Below, in pieces: positions 52,546 to 61,860 of a DNA stretch of 64,000 nucleotides (the stretch's first letter is position 1; each line of letters starts with the position of its first letter). The notes under the pieces were generated by a model, which was not told the DNA's origin, did not search any database, and saw nothing but the letters and a program-made list of their open reading frames with translations. Source of the DNA: Rhodothermales bacterium (GTDB lineage: Bacteria > Bacteroidota > Rhodothermia > Rhodothermales > DASSAV01); NCBI GenBank assembly GCA_041690215.1, contig JAWLHQ010000006.1:200838-264837 (forward strand). The letters are read 5' to 3'. The translations under genes and the position numbers were made by a program.

Positions 52546-52618
52546 GGCGCCTCCTTGCGCCCAGATGCCAAAGGTCGGGTACAGGGATTCTTTTCTTTTA
52601 AGCTTTTCCTAGCATCGT

Positions 52619-54085
52619 ATGCTCACCAGCCTCATCGATCTAGCCTATCTGCTGGCGGCGGCGTTATTCATTATTGGCCTGAAACGGCTGACTTCACCTG
52701 CTACGGCACGGCGTGGAAATCAGATTGCCGCAGTGGGGATGCTCGTAGCCATTGTGGCTACACTGCTTCTACATCGGATTATCACGCCAGTTGAGATGCT
52801 GATCGGGCTGGTGATCGGCAGTGTCATTGGTGTCGTACTGGCACGGCGCGTTGAAATGACGGCTATGCCAGAACTCGTAGCGGCGCTAAACGGCTTTGGC
52901 GGGCTGGCCTCGGCGCTCGTGGCGGGAGCGGAAATTGCGAAGGAACTCATGGGGGGGCCCGGAGACTACGTGGTGCGGGTTGCGCTATTACAGGATCTAC
53001 CTGCTGAGACGGGATTCGGGGTTTATGCGGCTGTAACCATTGCTCTCAGTATTCTGATCGGCATGGTGACCTTTTCCGGGAGTTTCGTGGCTTTCGGCAA
53101 GCTGGGCGGCTATGTCAGTGGTAATCCGATCACGTTTTCCGGTATGCGTCCTCTTACGCTCCTGCTGGCGCTGGCCTCTATAGCCTCACTGGTTGTCATG
53201 ATCATAGGAGTGGATGACTTTGCAACCGGACCCGATACGGTGATCTGGGGGGCCATCGTACTTACGGTTGTGGCTTTTCTTCTCGGGATTCTGCTCGTCA
53301 TACCTATCGGCGGGGCTGACATGCCTGTGGTAGTGGCGTTGTTGAACTCGTATTCCGGGCTGGCGGCAGCAGCCACGGGTTTTGTGCTCAACAATTCGGC
53401 GCTCATCGTGAGCGGTGCCCTCGTAGGGGCTTCCGGGTTGATTCTAACGAAGATCATGTGCGAAGCGATGAACCGCTCCCTCTTCAACGTGTTGCTTGGA
53501 GGATTTGGCGGGGAATCGGGTGATGGTGCGGTGGCCACCCTCGCAGAAGGCAAGTCGATTACAGAGACGACCGTGGACGATGCCGCGATTCTGTTGAGCT
53601 ACGCGCAGAAGGTCATCATCATTCCCGGTTACGGTATGGCAGTGGCTCAGGCGCAGCACCAGGTTCGGGAACTGGCTGATTTGCTACGAGACAAGGGCGT
53701 AGAGGTCAAGTACGCCATTCATCCGGTAGCAGGACGTATGCCGGGGCACATGAATGTGCTGCTGGCTGAAGCCGATGTGTCGTATGATCTGTTGTTTGAG
53801 ATGGATGAGATCAACGGCGAATTCGACACCACCGATGTGTCGCTCGTGGTTGGGGCGAACGACGTGGTAAACCCAGCGGCGCGGACGGATAAATCGAGTC
53901 CCATTTTCGGCATGCCTATTCTAAATGCAGACCGGTCCGAGTGGGTCATTGTCTTGAAGCGAAGCATGCGGCCCGGATACTCCGGTGTGGAAAACGAACT
54001 GTTTTATAATGCCAATACGAGCATGCTTTTCGGTGATGCGAAGGAGATGCTCAATGCGCTCATAGCTGAGGTCAGAGCACTCTGA
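52619..54085 (+). CDS. pntB: NAD(P) transhydrogenase subunit beta
   Basis: 488 aa. An N-terminal polytopic membrane domain and a C-terminal NADP(H)-binding domain (IIPGYGMAVAQAQH, HPVAGRMPGHMNVLLAEA). Confidence 0.95.
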   Translation: MLTSLIDLAYLLAAALFIIGLKRLTSPATARRGNQIAAVGMLVAIVATLLLHRIITPVEMLIGLVIGSVIGVVLARRVEMTAMPELVAALNGFGGLASALVAGAEIAKELMGGPGDYVVRVALLQDLPAETGFGVYAAVTIALSILIGMVTFSGSFVAFGKLGGYVSGNPITFSGMRPLTLLLALASIASLVVMIIGVDDFATGPDTVIWGAIVLTVVAFLLGILLVIPIGGADMPVVVALLNSYSGLAAAATGFVLNNSALIVSGALVGASGLILTKIMCEAMNRSLFNVLLGGFGGESGDGAVATLAEGKSITETTVDDAAILLSYAQKVIIIPGYGMAVAQAQHQVRELADLLRDKGVEVKYAIHPVAGRMPGHMNVLLAEADVSYDLLFEMDEINGEFDTTDVSLVVGANDVVNPAARTDKSSPIFGMPILNADRSEWVIVLKRSMRPGYSGVENELFYNANTSMLFGDAKEMLNALIAEVRAL

Positions 54086-54123
54086 GATCGACCTGAAGAA
54101 CAGACATTGACCGGTTTTGTCGG

Positions 54124-54972
54124 ATGGAAAAAGTGATGGTGGTAGGGGCCGGGACGATGGGTAGCGGCATTGCCCATGTCTTCGCACTTGCAGGGCATGA
54201 AGTTTACCTGGTAGATCTCGATGCTGAGGTCCTTCGGGCGGGCCATGCCGTCATAGAAAAGAATCTCGGCCGTCAGGTTACGAAAGGCCACGTCTCCGCA
54301 GAAGACATGGAGGTCGCTCTTGGCCGGATCAGGACGGGAGAAGTGCTGGAGCCGGGTGATGCCGACCTGATCATTGAGGCGGTTACGGAACGGAAGGACA
54401 TCAAGGAAAAGGTCTTCCGCACACTGGACGAGCAGGCAAAACCGTTGGCGATCCTGGCATCAAACACCTCGTCAATCTCGATCACCTGGCTGGCCGCTCA
54501 TACGAAGCGCCCGGAGCAAGTCATCGGCATGCATTTCTTCAATCCCGTGCCGGTGATGCAACTCGTCGAGATCGTGCGTGGCCTGGAGACGAGTGAGGAA
54601 ACGTTTCAGACGACCTTTCGTTTAGCCAGACAGCTCGGCAAGACGCCGGTAGCCGTGCAGGATTATCCGGGATTCGTCTCGAACCGTATCCTGATGCCGA
54701 TGATTAACGAGGCGATCTTCTGTCTCATGGAGGGTATTGCCTCAAAGGAAGACATAGACACGGTAATGAAACTGGGCATGGCTCATCCGATGGGGCCCCT
54801 TACGTTGGCGGATCTCATAGGGCTGGACGTATGCCTGGACATCCTGGAGGTCCTGCATCGCGAACTGGGAGAGGATAAGTACAGGCCGTGCCCGCTCTTG
54901 CGTAAGATGGTCGCTTCCGGCCGGCTAGGCCGCAAAACCGGGCAAGGATTTTACGACTACAGCGCTTCTTGA
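54124..54972 (+). CDS. hbd: 3-hydroxybutyryl-CoA / 3-hydroxyacyl-CoA dehydrogenase
   Basis: 282 aa. [22 protein letters not shown] and HFFNPVPVM. Confidence 0.9.
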   Translation: MEKVMVVGAGTMGSGIAHVFALAGHEVYLVDLDAEVLRAGHAVIEKNLGRQVTKGHVSAEDMEVALGRIRTGEVLEPGDADLIIEAVTERKDIKEKVFRTLDEQAKPLAILASNTSSISITWLAAHTKRPEQVIGMHFFNPVPVMQLVEIVRGLETSEETFQTTFRLARQLGKTPVAVQDYPGFVSNRILMPMINEAIFCLMEGIASKEDIDTVMKLGMAHPMGPLTLADLIGLDVCLDILEVLHRELGEDKYRPCPLLRKMVASGRLGRKTGQGFYDYSAS

Positions 54973-55015
54973 CGCTGTTCAGGAACGGGCAGGATCAGAA
55001 AATCCTGCATGATAA

Positions 55016-55058
55016 AGAGGCCAGACGGGTTTCGAATATCCGTCTGGCCTCTGTGTTT
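55016..55058. terminator. bidirectional intrinsic terminator (hbd / phoH convergent)
   Basis: AGAGGCCAGACGG (55016-55028) pairs perfectly with CCGTCTGGCCTCT (55040-55052), followed by GTGTTT. Confidence 0.75.
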
Positions 55059-55069
55059 AAGCGCTACCA

Positions 55070-56059
55070 TTATCTCCGCGAAGTGCTCGCCTCATCAACC
55101 TCACTATCTTTTGCATGGCGTTCGTACGCGTCAATGATCTCCTTGACGAGCCGGTGGCGTACGACGTCGCTCTTATCAAAGTAGACAAAGTCGATGCCTT
55201 CCACTCCTTCCAGAATGTCCTGCGCCTGAACGAGGCCGCTCTGAGTGATGGAGGGGAGGTCTGTCTGTGTCGTGTCGCCCGTAATGATGGCGCGGCTGTT
55301 GGCACCCAGGCGCGTCAGAAACATTTTCATCTGCTGCGTGGTCGCGTTCTGCGCTTCGTCGAGAATGACGAAAGCCGAGTTCAGGGTGCGACCGCGCATA
55401 TAAGCGAGCGGGACGATTTCGACCACATTCTGATCCATGTATGCCCGGAGTTTGTCCGGTTGGATCATGTCTTCCAGCGCATCGTAGAGCGGGCGGAGAT
55501 ACGGATCGACCTTCTCGCGCAGGTCGCCGGGGAGGAAGCCCAGGCGTTCTCCAGCTTCGACAGCGGGGCGGGAGAGCACGATGCGCTTCACCTGCCGGGA
55601 CTTGAGCGCCGAGACGGCCAGGGCGACTGCCGTGTAGGTCTTTCCCGTACCTGCGGGGCCGATCGCAAAAACGATGTCATTGCTTCGAGCAGATTCTACA
55701 AGGCGTGCCTGGTTGGGCGTTTTTGCCTTGATGGTGCCCCCCTGCGGCGTGAACAGTACGACATCGCGTGTGTCTATCTCGGCTCTTCCGATACTGGTAC
55801 CAATGGTAAACAGGGCGAGAACGGTATCTACGTCGTTCTCGGTAAGATTGCCATTCCGGTTCAGAATGAGAATGAGTTCGTCAAGTACCTTCTCGATGCG
55901 GCTTATGGAGTCGGCATCGCCGCGTAGAAAGACCTGATTACCTCGAGCGGTAATCTGTGTGTCGGGGAAGGCTGCTTCGACACGCCGGAGGAAAACATCA
56001 TTGAAGCCGAAGAGGAGAAGGGGTTCGGCTCCTTCAATCGTGATTTTCTTTTCTGCCAA
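55070..56059 (-). CDS. phoH: PhoH family ATPase
   Basis: 329 aa. Walker A GPAGTGKTY and ILDEAQN. Confidence 0.9.
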   Translation of the reverse strand: MAEKKITIEGAEPLLLFGFNDVFLRRVEAAFPDTQITARGNQVFLRGDADSISRIEKVLDELILILNRNGNLTENDVDTVLALFTIGTSIGRAEIDTRDVVLFTPQGGTIKAKTPNQARLVESARSNDIVFAIGPAGTGKTYTAVALAVSALKSRQVKRIVLSRPAVEAGERLGFLPGDLREKVDPYLRPLYDALEDMIQPDKLRAYMDQNVVEIVPLAYMRGRTLNSAFVILDEAQNATTQQMKMFLTRLGANSRAIITGDTTQTDLPSITQSGLVQAQDILEGVEGIDFVYFDKSDVVRHRLVKEIIDAYERHAKDSEVDEASTSRR

Positions 56060-56225
56060 GTGTATCGTGGATTAGTGTCATATCGTCTAGGAACTTTGCC
56101 TGCACAACGCGTCATAAACTCATCGGGCGGCGTGCGAGCAATATCCCCGATTGCAGTATTCTACCTTGTCAGGCGCATTGAGTGCCCGTTAAACAGCAAG
56201 TATCGATCGAATCGCTATTTATCAC

Positions 56226-57083
56226 ATGGAGAGACGTTTGGTTCTCGAGTTTACGAAAATGAATGGTGCCGGGAACGACTTTGTCGTTGTAGATAACCGG
56301 TTCTACAACTTCTCTGGAGAGGAACTGTCCGACCTCGCACGCAGGCTCTGTAAGCGCCGCTTTTCTATCGGTGCTGATGGACTGCTCGCATTCTCGACGC
56401 CATCCGATTCGCAGTACCATTACCGAATGCGGTATTATAACGCCGACGGATCGCTCGGCACAATGTGCGGAAACGGTGCTCGCTGTCTGGCCCGGTTTGC
56501 CCGGTACGCGGGTATCGAGGATACGGATCTGGTTTTCGAATCGGATGCCGGCATTTACCGGGCTTACGTGCCTGAAGACCCGACGGCTCCGGTGAAAATA
56601 TTTGTGCAGCCTCCGCGTGATTTTACGCCGAACAAGCCCCTGGCCGGTAGCCTGGCGACCCACGTCGGACCGGTGCATTATATCTGGACGGGCACGGAAC
56701 ACGTTGTGTGTTTCGTAGAGGAGGTCGAGGCGACTCCTGTCGAAGCGTGTGGGCGGGCCGTACGGAGTGATGAAGCATTAGCCCCTGCTGGCGCTAACGT
56801 CAACTTCGTGCAGGTGATTCAGAACGGGAAATCAGGCCAGGCCAAGCTTCGTGTTCGAACCTTCGAGAAGGGTGTAGAGGCCGAAACACTAGCCTGTGGT
56901 ACGGGGGCGATGGCCTCCGCCATCATTTCTCGCCTCATGGGGCTCGTGTCGACGAATCAGATCGAAGTGGAAATGCTGGGTGGTGTGCTGGGCGTGGGGT
57001 TTGATATGAATGGCAACGGAGTGAAGGATCTCTATCTGGAAGGTCCGGCTGATTTTGTTTTTCGAGGTACCGTAGAAGTTTGA
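56226..57083 (+). CDS. dapF: diaminopimelate epimerase
   Basis: 285 aa. FTKMNGAGNDFVVVD and the two catalytic Cys motifs MCGNGARC and ACGTGAMA. Confidence 0.9.
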   Translation: MERRLVLEFTKMNGAGNDFVVVDNRFYNFSGEELSDLARRLCKRRFSIGADGLLAFSTPSDSQYHYRMRYYNADGSLGTMCGNGARCLARFARYAGIEDTDLVFESDAGIYRAYVPEDPTAPVKIFVQPPRDFTPNKPLAGSLATHVGPVHYIWTGTEHVVCFVEEVEATPVEACGRAVRSDEALAPAGANVNFVQVIQNGKSGQAKLRVRTFEKGVEAETLACGTGAMASAIISRLMGLVSTNQIEVEMLGGVLGVGFDMNGNGVKDLYLEGPADFVFRGTVEV

Positions 57084-57104
57084 TTGGTGATACGGGTACC
57101 GCCA

Positions 57105-57149
57105 GAAAAGCGACAACGCCCGGCCTCACTGCGAGGCCGGGCGTTGTCA
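57105..57149. terminator. intrinsic terminator (mainly for ppiD, minus strand)
   Basis: GACAACGCCCGGCCTC pairs perfectly with GAGGCCGGGCGTTGTC (57113-57149). On the minus strand it is followed by GCTTTTCTGG. Confidence 0.75.
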
Positions 57150-57168
57150 TGTAGCGCTAGCGGGAAAT

Positions 57169-59259
57169 TTACAGGTTGAACTGCCGCCGGTAGTCGTCGA
57201 TATCGGCATCCTCTCGAAGGGAGGACAGCCACTGCTGCATGATGGCAGCGCGACGAGCATTCAGGAGTTGCTGTCTGATCTGGCTGCTCACTTCCGCCGA
57301 CATGGGGGCTGGCTCGCGGACGTTCGTTGTCTTGATCACGTACGCGGCATTGTCACCTTTCACCACACCCGAAACCTGTCCTTCACTCAGGCCAAGGGCT
57401 GTGCCGGCGAACTTCGGCTCACGTCCCAGACCCGCGATGATCGGATTGGAGAACCCAACGTTACTAGCGGTCTGTGTCTGCTGACCAACCCGTTCCGCAA
57501 GTCCCTCAAAGCCCCCCTGGTGCAGGGCGCGTTCCAGGCGGTTCCGCTGGATCTCACTCTTTTTCTCGATGCGGACACGCGGCTCGAGTTCGGCCTTCAC
57601 GCTTTCAAATGGGCGAACACCCGCTTTCTGAACCTCGGCGGCCGAAGCCACTATAAACTGATCGTTCAATTCGATCACTTCGCTTACGTCGCCTTTACGA
57701 GCCTCTTCAACGAAGTTCATCAGTGCGCGGCTATTTCCGATTCCCGGAATGAACTCCTGGTCGGCTTCGACTTCTACGGTCTGTACCGGTAGGTTGCGTC
57801 TCTGTGCCTCTTCTACGAAGTTGCCTGACTCAGAACTGAAGTACTGTAGGTCGTCCAGTTTCTCCCGGATTGCATTGAGGGTAGCGACGTTGGGGCGGAT
57901 CCGAAGGGCGTAATCTGCAATTTTCACTTCCCGATTCGAGCGGTCGGTAACCTGAATGAGGTGGTATCCGAATTGTGTTGCAACCGGGCCTACGACTTGC
58001 CCGACGGAAGCGGAGAAGGCCGCATCTTCGAACGGTTTGACCATGCGCCCCCGGCCAAACCAGCCAAGATCGCCACCCTGTGAGGCACTGCCGTCATCCG
58101 AATGTTGGCGGGCCATGGTTTCGAAGCTAGCCCCGGAGTTGATCTGCTGCTTGATCTGTTCCGCTTCCTGGCGAGCTTGTGTCCGCGCGGCCTCGTCACC
58201 TTCGGCAGCACGAATCAGGATGTGCCGGGCACGGATGGCAGGTGCCTCGGCGGAGCGCACATCCTGGATCTTAATGACGTGCGCCTCCGATCCGTCGATG
58301 ATAGGGCCAACGATTTTACCCGCCTGCGGGTTGTCAAAAATGGCCGACGCGAGCCCGGGGCTCAGGTCATCGGGGCCATAATATTGACCCGTGTACGGTG
58401 CTTCCGATCCGTTCTGAGCGAGGAAAGCCGAATCGTTCTCGGCTTCTGCGAAGCGGACCTTGACCTCATTAAGCTCATTCTTGATGGCCAAAGTGTCTTC
58501 AGACGAGGGGGCCTTGGAAAGCGTAACGTAGTTCAGCCTGACCGTGCGCGGGCGTTCGAATTCGTCCCGATGCTCGTCGTAGAAGCGGCGGAGATCCCGG
58601 TCTGTGATCTGGACGGAGTCATCTGGGATCGCGGCATAGCGGAGCGCGACATATTCGGCATCCACCGTTCGGTTACGGCGGTTGTACTCGTCCGCTACGT
58701 CCTGGTCGGTCACACGTACGGAGGCGGCAATGAGGTTGGCGAGCTTCTCGCGGCGACGCTCGGCACGAAGGTACTGCTCGAGCTGAATCCATTGCTCCCG
58801 GGCGGCAGGATCCTGCGCGAAGTTCTGCAGGAGCGTACGGTTGATTCCGCCCTGGCCATCACTGAAATAGACGCCGATGATCGGATGCGGATTCTGGCCG
58901 AGGACCATGTCATAGACTTCTTGGTCCGTGACCGTGATACCAAGACGCTTCATTTCCTGCTGGGCCAGGCGATCTTCGACGAGCGCATTAAATACGCGCT
59001 CACGCGCGAGGTCGAGCAGCTGAGGCGGCATCGGCTCTCCGGACTGAGCCTGATACTGCTCCATCTGTGCGTTGAGCGCATTCTGGTAGTCGTCTATCGA
59101 GATCGGATCGCCATTAACGATAGCTATGTTCTGGCCCGCCGGGTTACCGACGACGTCAAATACGCCGGAGTCCTGGAGCATCCAGAGCCCACCGAATGAA
59201 AGCACCAATATCCACAAGACCACTCCGGTGTTCTCCCGGAGTTTATTCATTACGCCCAT
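57169..59259 (-). CDS. ppiD: periplasmic chaperone / peptidylprolyl isomerase, PpiD-like
   Basis: 696 aa. N-terminal TM anchor (VVLWILVLSFGGLWM), a SurA-N-like region and a parvulin domain (ARHILI...GGDLGWFGRGRMVKPFEDAAF). Confidence 0.85.
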   Translation of the reverse strand: MGVMNKLRENTGVVLWILVLSFGGLWMLQDSGVFDVVGNPAGQNIAIVNGDPISIDDYQNALNAQMEQYQAQSGEPMPPQLLDLARERVFNALVEDRLAQQEMKRLGITVTDQEVYDMVLGQNPHPIIGVYFSDGQGGINRTLLQNFAQDPAAREQWIQLEQYLRAERRREKLANLIAASVRVTDQDVADEYNRRNRTVDAEYVALRYAAIPDDSVQITDRDLRRFYDEHRDEFERPRTVRLNYVTLSKAPSSEDTLAIKNELNEVKVRFAEAENDSAFLAQNGSEAPYTGQYYGPDDLSPGLASAIFDNPQAGKIVGPIIDGSEAHVIKIQDVRSAEAPAIRARHILIRAAEGDEAARTQARQEAEQIKQQINSGASFETMARQHSDDGSASQGGDLGWFGRGRMVKPFEDAAFSASVGQVVGPVATQFGYHLIQVTDRSNREVKIADYALRIRPNVATLNAIREKLDDLQYFSSESGNFVEEAQRRNLPVQTVEVEADQEFIPGIGNSRALMNFVEEARKGDVSEVIELNDQFIVASAAEVQKAGVRPFESVKAELEPRVRIEKKSEIQRNRLERALHQGGFEGLAERVGQQTQTASNVGFSNPIIAGLGREPKFAGTALGLSEGQVSGVVKGDNAAYVIKTTNVREPAPMSAEVSSQIRQQLLNARRAAIMQQWLSSLREDADIDDYRRQFNL

Positions 59260-59340
59260 TACTCAACCTCTGCCGCGATTATGTACTGATGTGCTAGTCA
59301 AATAGAAAGGGAATACTCGATTTTCTATTTATATCGTCAA

Positions 59341-59474
59341 CGGCTTGCCAGGGGCAATGTTGAAGTCCGCCCATAGCTGTCATGGAGTGACAACCGTGGG
59401 CTGGAGCAAGACCAGATGAGAACACCGCGGCTGCAGTCCGCGCGCGACGGGTATCGCGGAAACCTGGTAAGCCG
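59341..59474 (+). ncRNA. candidate structured RNA of unknown class
   Basis: A 12-bp closing helix forms between 59341-59352 and 59463-59474. One position is G-U only in the plus sense. It encloses hairpins at 59369-59401 and 59425-59459. The element lies in a 509-nt gap with no convincing gene. No promoter or terminator was identified. Confidence 0.25.
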
Positions 59475-59768
59475 ATTAGCTTTTACCGAGCGGCTCTCGG
59501 CCTGACCCCACATCCCGAGCATCATTCTCCCCAGCTGTCAAGCCGCGCAATATACAACACTCCGCTCGAAATGTTCGCCTTCGTTACAAACTGGATCTGG
59601 TGATTATGATCCCGTCCGGTATGGAAGATTTCTGAAGGGGATGTAGATCCGCAGAGAGGCGTACGAGTGGGCAATGCAGAGGATTCTGGTGCGAAGAACT
59701 GGTTTATCTCCTTAGTGAGGTGATGAGGTGCGGTACACCAGGCGGGTTGTGCATGCCTGAGAGACGGC

Positions 59769-60530
59769 TCAGGCGACGAGTACACGGCTACGATGTAGGC
59801 GGGTACGAAGGCCGAGGAGAACCTTGCCAAGAATCTGTGAGATGCGCGCCTCCGTAAGGCTCAGGAGTTGTGCGATCTCACGCAGTGTGAGGTTTTCGAA
59901 ATAATAAAGCGCAAGGATGGTCTGCTCACGCTCCGGCAGCTCCCGAATGAGCAGTTCGATATGAGCATAGAGCGAATCACGGTCGATTTCATCAAAGGCG
60001 TTGTTTGCATCCTCATTTGGGATAGTTTCGAGGATGGATTGTTCGCCGTCCGGCCCTGCTACATCGAATAGAGATAGGGCAAAGCGACGCTGAGCGTCGG
60101 TGAGGATCGACTGATACTCTGCAATGGAGACTCCCAGGTAGTCAGCGACATCCTGATCCTGTGGTTCGTCGCCGAGCGTTTGACGAAGGGTTTCAATGGC
60201 TTGCTGTGCTTCAGCAAGCTGCTTTCTACGTTCGCGGGGTAATGCATCGATCGAGCGAAGGTAGTCCACAATAGCACCCCGAATACGGCCATACGCGTAC
60301 GATACGAACGGCGTACCCCTGTCGGGATCGTATCCGTCAAGAGCCTGAAGCAAGCCAAACAATCCCACATTCTCCAGGTCTTCTCGGGCGGCAAGCATGT
60401 GATCAGGCAGGCTGAGCCGACCGATGAGCGATCTCACGAGCGGTACTGCGGCGATAACGACGGCCTCGCGGTTGGCTGCGGAAGGATCGGCGGCATGACG
60501 CATCGCCAGGAGTTGCAAGTCCTGAGTCAT
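59769..60530 (-). CDS. fliA: FliA/WhiG family flagellar sigma factor
   Basis: 253 aa. Sigma70 region 2 (FVSYAYGRIRGAIVDYLR) and region 4 HTH (LTLREIAQLLSLTEARISQI). It sits downstream of flhF-flhG. Confidence 0.85.
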   Translation of the reverse strand: MTQDLQLLAMRHAADPSAANREAVVIAAVPLVRSLIGRLSLPDHMLAAREDLENVGLFGLLQALDGYDPDRGTPFVSYAYGRIRGAIVDYLRSIDALPRERRKQLAEAQQAIETLRQTLGDEPQDQDVADYLGVSIAEYQSILTDAQRRFALSLFDVAGPDGEQSILETIPNEDANNAFDEIDRDSLYAHIELLIRELPEREQTILALYYFENLTLREIAQLLSLTEARISQILGKVLLGLRTRLHRSRVLVA

Positions 60531-60573
60531 GGCGGGTAGGTTTGGGGGCTAAGAGTATGAGAGGCGATTCCGT

Positions 60574-60870
60574 TTACACTGCAGCATTAGCCAGGGCAGG
60601 CTCTTCAGCATGTGTATGTTCATCTGAAGAGCGGGGAGCGTTGGCCTGCTGTTGGTGGGAGGTGTGAACGGGTTCGGTGCTCGTGTCAGGGAGATTCTGG
60701 ATGATGATCCGGCGGATCACTAAGTCGCCCAACATGAGGGCGATATACACGGCGAGCGCCGCGCCCATGCCGGTGAAGACAGCATCCTCAATAGGGGCGA
60801 GCCTCCACACTCGGGCCAGAAAGACGAAGAGCCCGACAAGTCCGCTGATTTGCGACAAGATCGCGTGCAT
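60574..60870 (-). CDS. hypothetical small membrane protein
   Basis: 98 aa with two hydrophobic helices and a His/Gln-rich tail. Located between flhG and fliA. I recognise no family. Confidence 0.4.
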   Translation of the reverse strand: MHAILSQISGLVGLFVFLARVWRLAPIEDAVFTGMGAALAVYIALMLGDLVIRRIIIQNLPDTSTEPVHTSHQQQANAPRSSDEHTHAEEPALANAAV

Positions 60871-61021
60871 GCGTGTTAGAAATTTTCCTTGAACTCACTT
60901 GACTAACAGGAGGCGCAAGGAGCATGCCACCGAGGTTGTGGCGGGAACAAAGAATCAGGTGTTCCAGAGTTGCTAATCGCTGCGGGGGAGTGCTGGTGGG
61001 CGGAAGGAGCTATGCCTGATG

Positions 61022-61798
61022 CTACTCTACATGGAAAAGTGGCTCGATAGCGGGTTTTCGCCCTGTCATCAGCGTTTCTGCGAGCTGCTCGAATGCATGC
61101 TGAACCGGTCCTGGCAGGCGGACAGCAGGAACCTGCTCCTGTACGGAGTACCGAATCTGAGCGGAAAAAGGTACCCAACCCAGGAAATTTGGTACGTGCC
61201 CCGTAAAGTGCTCCGTTACGTACCCGAATCGTTCGGCAATCCCCCGCGCGTCCTCTTCCGAATCGGCAAAGTTGACGATGGTAGAGAGGGGGTAGGCGGG
61301 ATCGGCCTGCCAGACGAGCCGGGCAAGGCGGTAGGCGTCGGCAATAGCGGTCGGCTCGCCAGCGATAAGGAGGATGCCTAGATCGGCGCGGTCCAGAGCC
61401 CAGCGGACGGGGCCGTCTGTGCCGGCCGGAGTATCAATAATGATGAACTCATGGTCAGCTTTCAGAGTGGCTAACAGGGTATCCAGATGCTCATAGAGGA
61501 TCCGCTCGCGTCCCTCGGATTGTCCGGGTTCGGCGATGGTATGGACGAGCGTGAGTCCCGAGGCAGTCCGGTGCGGGACGTCCGAGAGCGAAGCCGTCTT
61601 ACGGAACACGTCGATCAGCGTGACATCAGGTGTCTCGTTCAACAGGAGAGGACAGGCACCTTGTCCGAAGTCGGCGTCGATAAGGGCGACGCGTCTGCCT
61701 GCTTGCACGAGTGATTCTGCCAGGTTAACGGCGACAACGCTTTTCCCCACGCCGCCTTTGCCGCTGGTCACAGCGAGTATGGTGCACTCTCGTTTCAT
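61022..61798 (-). CDS. flhG: MinD/ParA-type ATPase FlhG
   Basis: The track ORF extends to 61975 and would overlap flhF. The ATG at 61798 gives MKRECTILAVTSGKGGVGKS (deviant Walker A). Confidence 0.85.
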   Translation of the reverse strand: MKRECTILAVTSGKGGVGKSVVAVNLAESLVQAGRRVALIDADFGQGACPLLLNETPDVTLIDVFRKTASLSDVPHRTASGLTLVHTIAEPGQSEGRERILYEHLDTLLATLKADHEFIIIDTPAGTDGPVRWALDRADLGILLIAGEPTAIADAYRLARLVWQADPAYPLSTIVNFADSEEDARGIAERFGYVTEHFTGHVPNFLGWVPFSAQIRYSVQEQVPAVRLPGPVQHAFEQLAETLMTGRKPAIEPLFHVE

Positions 61799-61860
61799 TG
61801 AACTGCGTATCGTAATGCTCTGGGAAGGAGGATGGGTGTTCTGAAACAGACCGATCGGAT

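Noticed and set aside
59341-59474. Identification of the foldable element as RNase P RNA or SRP RNA
   Set aside because: It shares short strings with RNase P RNA, but it is about a third of the required length and has no P4 pairing or S-domain. There is no GNRA tetraloop or GGAAGCAGCC-type helix 8 motif for SRP RNA. It is kept only as an unknown candidate.
59471-59478. Sigma-28-like -10 element GCCGATTA
   Set aside because: It has one mismatch to GCCGATAA and no TAAA element at the expected 15-nt upstream spacing. There is no downstream gene on that strand.
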